Part shown: in pieces, positions 26,501-41,501 of the stretch | How positions within the stretch are numbered: the stretch's first letter is position 1 | Layout: each line of letters starts with the position of its first letter | Source: Priapulus caudatus | Taxonomy: Eukaryota | Reading direction: 5' to 3' | Assembly: GCF_000485595.1 (NCBI RefSeq) | Contig: NW_014577062.1 | Span: 726,027 to 790,026 of the forward strand | DNA: 64,000 bases | Notes under the pieces: generated by a model | What the model saw: only the letters and a program-made list of their open reading frames with translations | What the model was told of the DNA's origin: nothing | Databases searched by the model: none | Translations under genes and position numbers: made by a program

Positions 26501-29500
26501 TTTACAAATCGGCTTCATGGGAAATTTGCGGCAAATTCGAACAGGATTTCTCATATAATTCTGGGTAAAGTGTGTGGTACCAAGTTGCAAGACGTATATT
26601 TCGAACAAGTGACCATTCAGCTACACACAGATGGCAATATCATGGCGTTTGGACGTGTATTTCTCCTCTAGTGCTGCGACAAAAGTGGAGCGTTCTGGAA
26701 TTTCTGTGAACACGCTTTCTTACCTTCTCCTATCTACTGTGTATCTGTGCATGCACAATGGCGTGCGGGCTATGTGTTGCATCGGTGTATTTAACGGTGT
26801 TGAAGTGAAGTTATTAGGTCAAATCAAACATTAAGACTATTGCTGGTACTGTAGTAGTAGGCTACTGACAAGTTGTATTTATTAACCATCATTTTATTAT
26901 TGAAACGGTCCAAGTGCCTGTGCATACACCTGACTTAATTTTACGTAAATAAATATTTACACTTCACTTGTTCACTGACACACATACCACACACAGTGCT
27001 GACCACTGAAGGAACAAAAGGAAAAAAGTAAATATTCTAAACAGTGGCACAAACACAGAGCACACAAAATTTAAAGTGTAGAAACCTGAAACTGTGACAC
27101 GACCTAACGCACGGCACGCTGAAATGCAACTGTGATAAGATGCAGTGCAGCGCAGCACGCCACCAAAGAGCCTTTCATTCGTTCGCTTTCCACCCACCCC
27201 TTAAACTCACAAGGAGGATCAGACACTTCAAGTGAGTAATGTGTGGCGCCACGATGAACAAAGCAGAAGCCCAGAAACATTGACGACTGGTCATTTAAAC
27301 CGAGTATAGCACATGGTTGCAGACAGGGGGTGACACGTGCAGGTATCAGCAAAGCTGTCTGCTGACTCCAGTGCAGCCAGCCTCTTCCAGACAGGGCACA
27401 GAGAGCGAGAGAGCGAGAGAGCAAGAAAGCAAAGGTGACATATGCCAGTGCTCACATGCCATGGCCGGCCGACCAACCGCCCACCCATGCCTGGCCCAGC
27501 CATTCTTACAATGAAGCTCGGCGACTTAAAGCAAATAAAAACTCGGTAGCATCGAATAACTGACCGCAGAGCTGAAACTAGAGGCAAACCACTGACGTGT
27601 GCCGTGAGCAGCCCCTTGGACCCAAGACGGCACGGCACGAAGGACTAGTGATGGGAATCGGCTGGAATTTCATAACCGATTATCGGTTTCCCTTAACCGA
27701 TCAATAATCGATTATAATCGGATAATTTGTTAATAATTGCATAGATTTAATTTAATCTTACTTTGTATATACAATTATACATAGCATTCAATATTATCAT
27801 GTTTTATGATCATGTATTAACTCTGTGAAGGTTGCTGTATGTATATCAATGTCTGTTCCTATACAGTATTTAATCAATTTAAAAAAAAATGGTTTAAATG
27901 CCTTTATTAAAACATTAAAAGTTTTAAACAAACATGATCAAGACTTGTTCTTTATTATAGTAAGTAAGTTGTTTGTGTTCTAATAGTGTAGGCTATGTAG
28001 CCGAGTTAATGTCCTGCCAATGGAATATCCTCGCTAACACAATGTAACAAACAATACGGAGAGTAGAACCTCATCTACTGATAACATCTGTGGGACAGTG
28101 TCAAACCAAAACAAAGATTATTCCGATCTTAAAAAAAAATAAAAAAATTATCGATTTAAAAAAAAAGAAGCTATTTCCGATAATCGATTATTTGTTTTCA
28201 TAATCGATTATCGAATTTGAGACTATAATCGATCGATTTTCGATTATAATCGATCATCGGGACATCACTACGAAGGGGCGAGAGCAAGTACGTTTGTGTG
28301 CACACTGGGTACATGCACGGCGTTTATCGTCACATCGAGTACAGCTGTGCAAGAGGGAGCCGCTGGAGATGACTTTACTCGAGCAGCACTTCCTTCGACC
28401 CCCAAACAGCGAGCCAACTACGATGCAAGCCGAGGGACAGCATGCACGCGTGCGCGTACACCTCACGAGCACCTCCCACACTGCTCTCTCACCGTGTAGA
28501 AGGACAGACCGGAGGAATCGTAGAACGCGGTGATGTGGGGGGTGTGAGCGCGCTGTGGGTACGTCTTCCAGCGGCCGTACTGCATCCTCCCTTTGTCTGC
28601 CGCCATTGTTTTCGGGGCTTCTGCCAAGTTAGTAACTCTTGAAAGAAACACCACCCGCAAACATCTGTACAGCTTGGTCAACGCCACACCTGGTCAATAA
28701 TGGAACTATCTTGGCACACCAACTCTCAACAAGCCCCAACCCCAGCATGTGTATATGCTGTACCAAGGTCTCCCAGATGCTGGAACCTACGTTACTATGG
28801 GAGCTTTAGACAAGTGCTGCAGACAAACACTGGTGGCTTTATCCATCTACATGCAGTATTCACCTTTTTGTTGCATTGTTCATCTCAAGTACTTATGTTT
28901 GATGATACAAGAAATTTATGCCGGAACTACAATGTTAAGTTTATAATAAAAGACCTAAGGACTGAGGAGGCAATCATCAAGATTGATGCAAGCGAATTCA
29001 TTATTGATATCCAAAGAAATCTCGTAAATTAACCAGAAGACAACAAGTCTGCTTAGACAGACAAAATGTGCAGACACCAAAGAATGTGATCACATCACAA
29101 ACTCTAAAATAAGAAAGCCACTCAACAATCGATGGATGTGAAAAACAATGCACATTTTGTAATGTAACACTGGATCAACACTAAACATTTAGAAAATGAA
29201 TTAAAGTAAGGTATGAATTTCGAGAACCCTGGAGATCACCTAATCTGTAATTGTGTTTGTGTGTGTGTGTATCGACTGTTATGCTACTGTTGTGAGTGAC
29301 CACGAAATGACAGGCACAAGTGTACTCAATATTCACATATGATTGTTCCCACCACTCTCCGTTGTGACCTTATGCCAAGTTTAGGTTAAAACGGTTATTG
29401 CAAGATTTTTGCTCAGAAAAACTAAATAAAGCTGAATATATAGTCTCACCTGACAGCGGAAATACCACTGATTACACCAACATGAAAAATACTAAGATTT

Positions 29501-30169
29501 TATGCAGTTATAAGCATAGAAAAATGGATTTGACCACATCGTAACAGCAATAAATTTTATCGTATGCCGATAATGCCTAATGGCAGAATTGGTAAACTTG
29601 TATTTGTGTCGGTGATGAATTGAAAACAAGTGCATGCCTGGTACTTAGCTCTATGGCAGATAGTGGTGGCGCCCACAGCTAATCCATACTTCCTGTTAGT
29701 TCAAGATGACAGAAAACGAATGTTTACAAAAACGATTAGTTCGAACTGGCAGTTTTCGGTGAATACGAAGGTTCTAAAAGGTATTTGTTTACCGCTAATT
29801 TAAGTAATCCGATATTAATCCAGAAACAAAAAGTGGCTACAAATTAGTGGCTTATTATTAGTTATTAGTGGGGTAATTAGGCAATTCACACACTCACAAA
29901 TCAAACTCACAATTTTAAAAGAATAAGCATGGGTAACAAGACATCTAGGCTACAGCATAATATGCATCGCAACTCTACGCCATTGCATAAGTCTACGCGC
30001 ACAGCGAGTCATCAATAACTGCAGCACTAGATATGTATTACACACTAGTGACACTATAGCCTCAAGTAGCTGCAGAGAGTCACAGCAGGATTGTCTGTCT
30101 AACATCGTGATATCGATCAATAGTTGGGCTAGCCACAAGCATACACAGACTACGCACTACACACACACA

Positions 30170-30213
<44 letters not shown>

Positions 30214-33200
30214 CACACGCACACACACACACACATGCACACAGTAAGCCTGTAATTTATTTGCCACCCATCCAAACAAACCCAATCAAATAGGTGGCAA
30301 GAATATTATCACAAGATGCAGATGGTCACCACATGGTGTCTGTCCACGTGGTCCTGGGTCACATAAAATATTTGTAAATACCTGGTGGTAGGGCGAAGGT
30401 TGGTGATAGTTCGCTCGGCTGTAATCTTCGGGTCCTGTAAATAGACCAGAATGCACAAGGGTTAGCGCTAGAGCACTCAACCTGTATCAATTTAACATGC
30501 TTCTAAGAACCAGCATAAAAAATCGAGACTAGATGGTCTTTGTCAACCGCTCATAATTTCTGAGTCACTTGCTTCCTGAACCAGAGATTTTGTTTTACCT
30601 TGCACTATTTTACTCATACCCAAAATACCCTTTGAGCCGCTTCTTGAACATCTTCACTTAAAAACATTAAAATAAAAGGCAAACCCCTAAATATTAGGTC
30701 CAATAATAGGCCTAGAAAAATCTACTGACAAATACGAATTTATAGTATTAATATACAAGATATTAATAGTGCTCAGTATTCACGATTCGGACTTGTTTAT
30801 TTTCTTAAATTCTAACTGGCTGGGAGAGCCGTCATATTCTAACCATCAGCATTATCCATTTTGCAAGAACACTACTCAATGCTATAATGAAATGACAGCT
30901 ATAGTAAATAAACAAAGATAAATGTCACCAAACACTTTGGTTAACATTTAATCTTAAATCCAATGAGCAGCTAATGAAAACCCACCTTCAACACAATCCA
31001 CGCAGACGTTGGCTTTTACTTTTTAAATTATAAGAATGTTATTCTTAATACAGCTTACATTTACTACGAGGTGACAGAGCAAATGAAACGAGCAAAGCAC
31101 TTGTACTTACTGTGTTGTGGTGGTGGAGGTCCCCTTTGTGAAATGCTGGAAATGTCTGGTTAAGGAATACAGTGCATACACCAAAATACTGTCTAGATTG
31201 CTATTTTTTCACCTTGCTATTGCTACCTGCTTATTTTTTCCTTTTACTTTCTCGAACCAGAATAAGCTCATATAAATAACGGTAGAAAAACTTATATACA
31301 CCAAAACTACTGACACTATATGCATGGAACTACCTACTTACTGTTACACTTTATAAAAATTGAATAAACCATATTCACGCCATATACACGTTCCTTTCAG
31401 CAAGCATGATCACTAGACGGTGATTTTCCGCGATGACAGAAAACGGACGGAAAACACGGAAACGGCCATTGGAAACGAAAAATAGTGGAAAACGTAATTT
31501 GAACATATTACAACATAGAAATTTCAATAAAATCACAAAAAACAGTCAACAATAGCATTGCCATTGGTAATGATATGGTTTACATTCAGACAAGTTTCAG
31601 AGCGAAATGACTTACAATTACGACTTTTGGTAGCCCTGTGTTTCGGTGCCGGTTCCGGTTTCAAAGGTTGTACTGGTCAAATACTTTTTTTTTCATACAA
31701 ATATATGTAAACAGAATTTTGCATTTTTCGTGTTTACAATCTCTATGGCAAAACGGAATTTTCATTTTTTCTTTACTTTGGAACGGAATTCATGATTTTT
31801 CCCAAACGGAAAAGGCAATTTTTTGAAACGGAAAATCACTGTCCCTAGCTCAAATAAAAGCTCTAACAGTTAAAGCATACTAAATGACATATATACATTC
31901 ATTCACGATAGACAATAACATATGCTACGTTTAGAAAAAGGAAACATATTGCATTGGAGTGATACCTGCTGGTTGGTAATCATATGTCCCACCATCTTTA
32001 CTCATATCTATTACCACATGGAAATTCTTCTTCACAAACAATAACCTCTCAGAATAGTAAATATCAACGCAGCTGCTAAACCGACTTCGCAATTTCTTTG
32101 ACCGCTGGATGTACACGAGTTGTGCGCTGCGTCGCTATCACACTGTCGATTGCGCAACTATCAGCAGCAATGCGCACACAGCTCCATCTATTGGCAATAA
32201 ACCGTAACTACGAATCTGGGCCTAACCGGGTCATCCAACGGAGACGAGTGCGAGTTATGGTGTGCTGCGCGGCCTCTACCCATCAATTTCGAAAAGCACA
32301 TATGCTTGCTGTTAACCGCAGACAATAGGCAATTCTTCTCTGAAATGAGCTAGTGTGCTAATACTTCCAGAACAGAATCAGGACGGCAACAGATAAATGT
32401 CTGAACATGTATAGTCATCAATGTAATAAATGCAATAAGAAACTGCCTGTCACTTACTATATATAAAAGAAAGGAAATCAAATCTTTACAAAAAACAACA
32501 ACTATGAGTCTATAAAGTACTATTAAAATGTATCCGAGGTGTGGGCTATATACACATCGCTTGCACGTAAGCTCCCTAACCCTGCATACTAATCCATAGT
32601 CACACAGGCAAAATCAAACAGCAATTTTAGAAGGCAATCAAATAGAGATATATATGAAGATGAATATAAAAATCATGACCTACCAATTACAATCCACAAC
32701 ACTATAATTATACTATATAACACAAACAAGAAATGCCTTGCTCGCTAGCTGGTAGCTTTGTTTAGCATGCAAATTTAACAAGACAAACATACATTTGATA
32801 CACCTACAATGGAATACACTAAAATTCATTCAACATTGAATGTTTCAGCTTAAATTGTGAATCTGACCCTCTCTTATCAGAATTAGACCCCTAATTATGG
32901 GACACAGCGGCAGTTGGTAAAAACTACTGCTCATTATTTAGAAGTAACTTTTTTAATTTTTAATAAACCATCACATTATGCAGGGTGCGAAATTAACGGG
33001 AGTCCGGAGTCAAATACTCCCCGATTTACTGTCGGACTCCCTGATTTGACATATGCTGGAGTCCGTGTGACTCCCTGAAAATTCTGCCATACTAACTATA
33101 GTTTGTTCCGAGGCACGGCCTCGCGGAATTACTCTATTTTTTTCAGCTAATGTTCAAAGTAAATTTGGCAGACGTGCAACTGCATGAATCTTAAAAATTA

Positions 33201-35170
33201 GCACATGCGTTATTGTTAATATCTTTAATTTTGAACCTCAGGCTACAGACTCCCTCTTTTTGAGGGTAGGTATCCAAGGTCCAAGGTACCCTTTTTGAGG
33301 GTAGGTATGGAGGGAGGGTCCAATGTTCAAAAGTTAATTCTACCCGGGCTGTTATGTATGCACTTAAATGCTTTGTTCTATTGTTTCCATGCATAGTGGA
33401 TCTAATTATAGGTAATCAAGAAATCAACGCTCTCATGTAGTGCTTATATGTCACGCATTATGCACTTATACAATTTTATGTATCAACCTAGGGACAGTGA
33501 TTTTCCATGATCGCGGAAAACGGACGGAAAACACGGAAACGGCCATTGGAAACGGAAAAGATGTTTTCAAACAGAAAAACGCGGAAAACGTCATTTGAAC
33601 ATATTACAAGGAAATTTCAATAAAATCACAAAAAAACAGTCGACAATAGCATTGGTAATGAAATGGTTTACATTCAGACAAGTTTCAGAGCGAAATAACT
33701 TACAATTACGACTTTTGGTAGCCCTGTGTTTCGGTGCCGGTTTCGGTTTCAAAGGTTGTACCAAATACTTTTTTTACCATGCAAATATATGTAAACGGAA
33801 TTTTGCATTTTTGGTGTGTACAATGAATCTCTATGGCAAAACGGAATTTCCATTTTTTCTTTACTTTGGAATGGAATTCATGATTTTCCCAAACAGAAAA
33901 GGCAATTTTTTGAAACGGAAAATCACTGTCCCTATCAACCCAGACAGAGTTTCAAAGAATGATGCTAAAAAGGATGACACACTGCATTATTGCAGTATCT
34001 GCTGGCCAACGAACGTACATTGTTTGATGATTTTGTTCAATATCAACCAAAACATTCAGCTTGTAAATAAGTAAATAAACATAGTTACAGCTTGGACTAT
34101 GAAACTATCGCACATCCGTTAGATATTTAGAAGGCAAGCTATTACTGCAGCTCCAATGAGTTCTAATGTGATTTAATCTTAAGTATATTGTAAACTAAAC
34201 CCCTTAGTTTTTGTAAGAAACTCCTAAATTTTAAAAAAGCTACTGCCTCTCCAAGAACTCCAAAAATCCACTCTAAAATTTCATTTTCTCTATTAAACAT
34301 GTTGCAAATTAATAGACGATAATTCAACCAGCGAATGCCCGTCAGTCATACCAGCTGGTAAGTTATTGAATATTCCCTTGTGAACTATCCGTTCAGCGAT
34401 AGTAAACCCACGAGTCCCGGCACTTTTCTCATGCACAGTGCCACGTCAACGCACGGCACCATACGGCCATGAATACGCACTAGATGATGATTGAACAGCC
34501 GTCAAATTATAATTGATCCAGCGACAATGATTACGTGAAATTATGATATGACATAAATAGGTCAATGCAATCGGTTATAAATTAAAAGAAACAGACCCAT
34601 TCTGAGTACTCAGAACTGAATATATCATGTGAAATGATGTATGACCTTGATCGTTTGTGGGGAGTGTTCATATTCATGACTATAGAATACACATGTGCGA
34701 AATAAAGTGCTCCTTACCCACCTAACGAAATGCAGAGAAAAGCGCACCAAGATATCTTATGAGAAATTAATACTTTAAAAGTTCGCCCACCAATGGAGGA
34801 GCCATCATCATGCATGTGCAAATAATATCCACCGTTTGAAACCTGATTGCTAACAAAGCGTTCCCATTCGCTTCACTCCTTCCCACGCATACTGCGCGCA
34901 GAACTGGTTGCTTCCTAGTCAGTGGACAGAGTAGGGACTTCCAACCAAAGAAAAAAAACGGTAGTTAGACAGCACAACGACATGCCAGACTGCAAAAATT
35001 GAGTGAGACCGCTCCTTAGCACACGAATACCAAACAGATGCCACGGCTATACTGTAATAAGATCTGCCACGACTTTGACATAACCCCGCCTGTCTTACGC
35101 CCAGCACACACGCATACATACGCACGCACGCACGCACGCACGCACGCTCACGCTCACACACACACAAACA

Positions 35171-35214
<44 letters not shown>

Positions 35215-38200
35215 CACACGCACACACACACGCACACACACACACACACGATGTACAATCACGTCGCGCACAAGCACACTTCGTTTCGCACAGCTCAAAA
35301 ACTTCAGTGTAGACTCGTACACCCCAGACCAAAATCGATAATATTTTCAGAAGACAGTTTACCGCTGAGTCTTACATGCGGCGCTACCGGCTTGTGCACT
35401 GCAGCTGTATTACTAACTAACCAATCGGCTAGGCTTGTATATTTGCAAGTGTCCTTCCTAAACAGCTACCTATATTCTCCTGCGTAGTAGTCCTGTCACT
35501 CCGCACGACCAGTCTCCTCGCTGTGTACCTCACGTCCCTTGCTGCCGTACCTCGTGAACCACATGGCACTAACACCATGAGGTAGCTCACTCCACAAGTC
35601 ACCCCCACCCCTAGATCTAGAACTATAGCCCTTCGCTCTGCCACAGCCGAAGCCTGGGGTTCTAGAGCTACCCCACCCCGTACCCTACAATCCTTCACGG
35701 CTCCACACTGCCCACCTCACGACCCAGCCATCACCGACCTCCTACTGTACCTCACAACCAGTCAGTCACATTCGTTCCGAAATAGATATTCTCACAATTC
35801 AGCCACCACATAGACTAAGACACAAGCACCAATAGGAAATGGCAAAAAAGAGTCATGCCCCGCCAACGCATCATCCCGCCAACGCATGTCCATTAATTTA
35901 AATGTCTAGATATTTATCATATTATTCGGCAACTTTATTTGACTAGTGTGAAGTCTGTATCAGTGAATAATTTATAAGGCCGTGCCTACGTGTATTTCAC
36001 AATCTTCTCCGAACCAACTAGTCTGAATACATGTGCACCACATGTGCCTCTTTTTTGGCTAGTGTTCATCAAGACATGTCACTGTAACTTGTAAGTGTAA
36101 ACATGAGCAGAATTTCGTACTGTACGTAGGAACATTTTAATTCAGCAGCTCTTTTTACAGGAAAGTCTCGATAGTCGATACATAAATGGTTTATGCCTGC
36201 GCAGAGAGAAATGACACGTGTCCGCTAGATTATCAAATGTATACTGCAATGGTTAATACGATTCCTCGTTCCCCATCTTCCCTACTTTTCCCCTCCCTCC
36301 CCCTGCTCTGTCTCACTGACTCACTCTCACCCCTCTCACTACCCCCTTCAGGATGCTGCTTGGCAGTGCCACTGACCGGTGTGCAGGGATCAGTGCACGA
36401 TTGATCGATAAAGCTCCTCGCTCACTGCTCAGCAGTGTTACTCCAGACAGCCACACAGCTCACACAGCCCAGCCCTCCCTACACTAGCGGCTAGCCCAGA
36501 CAACAGCAACAACCAGGCTTACAGACTCACTGCATGGCAAAGGCATCATTGATTTTGCAGTGGTATAGACTTTTTGGGACCATATCGAAACTGCAAGATC
36601 AAATGAAACGCACTTCTGTAAGAATTTCAAATTGTCAGAAAACATTGTTGCTCTAACACACTGCAGTTGTGGAGGAGGACCCCAGCCGTAGTTCCTAGTA
36701 TGCAGATCTACGCTTCTTACTTTGCAGTCACTGTCCTGGTGCGAGATTTAGTCTCCACAAGCACCCAGTTGTGCAAACAAGATTAGATGACACTAATGTC
36801 GTAAATTTACATTTAAAAACAGCAGACACGTGCCCGTGTGCATCGCTGCCACGTGCACAGGTGAGATCAAGGTGGCATGCCACAGCATGTAGCTGCAGTG
36901 TTACAACGGGCCCACACCTGTCCAAAAAGAGAGCACAAAGGCACGCCATTTACGAACTGTATAAGTCGCCTTTGGGCAGAGCGAGGGAAGGCTACCAGAC
37001 CCTTGGGACATGGGCCACCTGTTACCTATGCGAGTGCATACACCGGAGGGGGGGGGGGTACAGTAGTGCACGTCTGTGATAACGAACCTTGTAAACTGGC
37101 AGTGCATGAAGTTTGTGCTACATACAAGAGGATGAGTGCCAGTTCACAGATCTGTGTCTATAGTGATCCACCACCCCCTCACACACAAATGAGCGTGCAC
37201 GCACCTCTTTTGCCCTGCGAGGGGACAACCATTATAGACGATCAACCATTTTTCTTATATATTTTCAAATCTGACATTTGTAATGCACACTCACTACATT
37301 CACCAGCAGTCTTGTTGCCTGGCAATTCAGTCAGTGCCGCGCAAGGTCGCACATCGATAAGCACGCGACCCATCTGTGACCCCACACGAACAAAAGGACA
37401 CCGGCACACGCGTGCCACCTGTCTACGGGCAGGCCAACACTGCCTGCCTCCTCCCTGTACAACGTCTCATCCAACTGCGCCAAGGGTGAACAGAGTGACC
37501 GAAACACGGCCGCCTCCGTGGCAGACAGCCAGCGACGTTCCCTTTTCAAAACGCGCTCCCGCCATAAACAGCGTCTTGTTCGCCACGAGGGCTGGTCACG
37601 TGTGGCGGGCGAACACCAATGCTGAGACGGATACGACGGCCACGGGAGCCTGGCTGGCTGGCCGGCGCGCGCGCGGTGTCGCCACCGGCACCGTCCCAGA
37701 TCAATGACACTTTGAACGTTTTAATACTAAAATTATGATTAATAAGCACTAAATGTATATTAACGTTTCTCTACTCTCTTTCGCCTATTATTAGTAATAA
37801 CTTTCTGTAAATGACGTTCGAAGTGCACAACCAACAAAATTTTAGCGCAGGTGGGAATGTGTGACCGCAAAATTCGCAAAGACGCTCGCTTTTTCCCATT
37901 AACATTTTGGCAGAGATTCCTCTAGGTGAAGTGGGTAGTGCCAGTTGGCAAAGCTGTAATTCGAACAAGTGAACATTTATACCCCCCAGTCAGACTGGAC
38001 GGCGACCATCTGCGACCGTACGGCGACCTGAAAATATACAAGGTCGCCGGCAAACGTGAACACAACGCGAGAAAAAGTCCAAACAAATTACAAACTTGAA
38101 AAAAAAACGCGCTCTTACCGCGACCTGTGCGATCATACTGCGTTCTCGTGGCGCGCCCGCCACGATCTCTCCGCGCTTATGGCGTTTCTATTGAGATCTA

Positions 38201-41200
38201 TGGGCTTGGCAACAGCGATCACCGGCGTTCACGCGGCGCTCTCACCACGCTCATGGGGTTCTTACCACGCGTCTTCTACGTGTATCGCGAATGCACGGCG
38301 ACCTCACAGCGTTTCTACCACGTTCTCACGGTGACTATATAAGCTGGTCAGATTTTCGGAAATTTCAACTGTATAGTTGTGCGTTTGCCGAGTAGAAACA
38401 CGATGCCGAAAAAACAAGCTACCAGAGGCCGAGGCCGTTGCCGTGGCCGAGACAGATCGGCATGAAACAGATTGGCAGATCGGATGAGACAGATCCATGA
38501 AGTCGCCGTTGCAAATGTTACCATTTTCGCAGCGTCTTTGCCACGCGTGTACTGCGCGTGTACTACGTTTATGGAGATGTTACAACGCTTGTCTCCCGAC
38601 CTTCGAAACCCCACCGCGTTCTCACCGCGTTCCAGGTCAGATCGCCGAACCTTGGCGTTTGGTTTGAACATGCTAAAAACAAACGCCGTGACTCGGCGAT
38701 CATTGGCGACCAAGGCGACCACAGCACGATGTCTGGCGTTTCCACCACGCTTATACCATGCTTATGGCGACCTTGACGCGCTCTGGGCCCATTTTCCGTC
38801 GCCGTAGCAGCGCAGTAATGACGCCACCCCGGACTGACGGGGGTGTTAGCTACGCATAGATACCAAAATGGAGGTGGTTGGTTGTGTATTTATGCTGTGA
38901 TTCTGTGAAACAAAGCGAGCGTCGACAAGTAGCGCGAGAGTAGAGAAACATTAAGACTTTGGTAGTAAATACATTGTGTGTATATTTAGAATAATTTTTT
39001 TATTAAAACGTGTGTGTACCAGATCGTTAAACATGACCACGTTCTTCAACGACAGTTGAACACTTCTCGCAAGTATGAATTACGCTGCTGGCCCAGAAAG
39101 CCTTGGAAGCCAAAGTTTATTCGTACAAAGTTATCGATAACATATCAATCTATTATCTATATGAAAGTGAACAATGGACAGAGCTCTGCTCTAACTGTAT
39201 TCCACATTGGAATTAGACTACGCTTGTACAAATGGCGTGATGCGAGTGGCAATGTAGCATTAGCTTAATTTTAATAATTGATGTCTTAGCTATTGTGCGT
39301 GGTACACCGTTAAAACAGGATGCTTGCAATTTTCTATCTTTATAGTGACAAATAACTGCACACTGATATAGCAGGAACCCAGATAAGAAAGTAATTCACT
39401 ACACAACGTAGAGTGAAATCGGTAGAGTAAACCAGGCAAGATACTAATACCGCTGTACATGCAAACAGGGGTCGCCAGTAGCTTTTATTTTTACAGGACA
39501 TTTTGTCCTGTAAAGTTGTATTTGCACAAGACCAGAAGACTTTTCATCAGACCGAAAATATTTCGAGCACGTGAAACATGTACCTTATATACATGTATGT
39601 ATGATTTATTTGAGTATATTATGATGTTGCCATATTTTAGTAGCTATAAATAGAATAATTAGGTTGTTGAAGCTGGTTTGTGTTATTCTGGGCTCTTTGG
39701 TCGATTTTTGGCATACACTTTACAATAATGACATATCCCACTATAACATAAAAGACCATTTTACAGATATCACACCCACCTTTTTAATTTTTAACGTGAT
39801 TCACAAGAGCTTTATTCTATTGACGCACTTCTGAATCAGAGTCATCCTGAGAGTCACACTCATCAGAGTAAGTGTGCATCGGAAAAAACAACAAATTTCA
39901 TTCGGTGAAATCGAGTCGTGCTGCACGATGCATAGTGAGACGTATTCAGCCTCCATGACACGGAATTTACCGATGTCAATTTGTTAGGTATTGAACTATT
40001 ACAACAGACATGCCCTCATTTACTACAAAACATATTCAATAACATGCCACTTTATGAACTTGAAAATGTACTCAGCCTAACCTATTAGTGTAGTACTTTC
40101 TAAGTACGATACTAGCGCCGAACACAGTCCGGTAAAACTGAAAATTTCATTGGACCTGCCTATAATTTACCGGCAATGTTCGGTAGTCCGATGGTATCGG
40201 CGAATGCTGCATGCGACTCAAACCGGGCCATTTCTCGCACAGACTGCAAAGGATACAAGGTGGCGCCCGGGTAGGGGAAGCCATACATCTTAGGATCGGG
40301 TGTGGGTGCGAAACGGATGTAGCGGTTGGGAGCGCCCGCGTCGCGGGGCGTGAACACTGACGGCTTCTGCATCATGCTCAGTGCTCGGCGTCAAGCTGTC
40401 GACAGTCGCTAGTCACAGACGTCGGTTTGCGAGCAGACGTGATAGAAGACATTACGGACAAGTCGTCGTGCTCGCTCACGCAGCATTGATAGGGGTTTGC
40501 TGACGCGCACAGTCAGCGCACGATCTGCTACAGCGTGCATATATGCACTGCCACTGCTATCAAGTTCGTCGTCATCAGGAGGTAACGGATACCACAGATC
40601 ACAAAAAACGCCGTGTATATACAAGTTACAATGGTAGAAAACACGAGTGATCAGTGCAGAAACAAACCACACACATGTAGCTGGGTGTTGCTGTTCCTAG
40701 CAAAGAACCCGGCAGTGCCCTAACAGTGCAAATCAATAATAGCAATGAATGAGAAACTAGAAAACACAGTACAGGCAGCAACGAATAGCACTTTCATTGC
40801 AACGGTAGATGTCTATGTTGAGCACAAGATTACAAGACTGCAGCAAAATAATTGAGATCAGACATCAAAATGCTGATCAGCACGAACGTGTTCTTTACAC
40901 AGTAAATTTCACTTACAATGACTGCTACCAAATGGCTCTGAGCATGCTCAGTAACCCCGTGTGAGTCACACAGCAAGCAAGTGCTGCCACCTTGTAGCCA
41001 AACTATCACGTAAAATGTACACGACTGCAGCCCCTGCATAAATGGCATTTATATTTCATGGACAGAATGTATCCATGGAAATACGGAGATTACGTGATTT
41101 CATCACAGTTAGAAAGGCAACCTGTATGTGACCTCACAGTAGACAGTGAGGCTCACGGTACCAATAAGTCAAAACAGCCACGAACTATTACCTCTTACGA

Positions 41201-41460
41201 ACCTTATTTAATCAAAGCTGAGGGGTCACAGAGAGTTCGATTTCACACCATGCCTTTCACCCACGTTACTCCAGTCAACAAAACCATTCAAATTTGCCTG
41301 CGTTTTCCTTAGGTTTGTTAGTTTGCGAAAAAGTAACAGGTAACATTGTTTAAACCGTATTCAGAACTCACCCAGTTATATATTTAATAGCAAATATTAT
41401 GCATAATTTCGCTATTTAATGAAAACACACTAAAACGAAGTCTTTCCTATAATGGCTATA

Positions 41461-41501
<41 letters not shown>

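Noticed and set aside
25938..26834. Identical ORF pairs on opposite strands (MAISWRL..., MLVRFTN...)
   Set aside because: Mirror images produced by the 428-bp inverted repeat; no transposase motifs
28700..29032. 110-aa ORF as a possible retroelement remnant
   Set aside because: No RT, endonuclease or integrase motif recognisable
36877..37707. 276-aa plus-strand ORF
   Set aside because: No recognisable domain or splice context; GC-rich intronic sequence antisense to eIF4G
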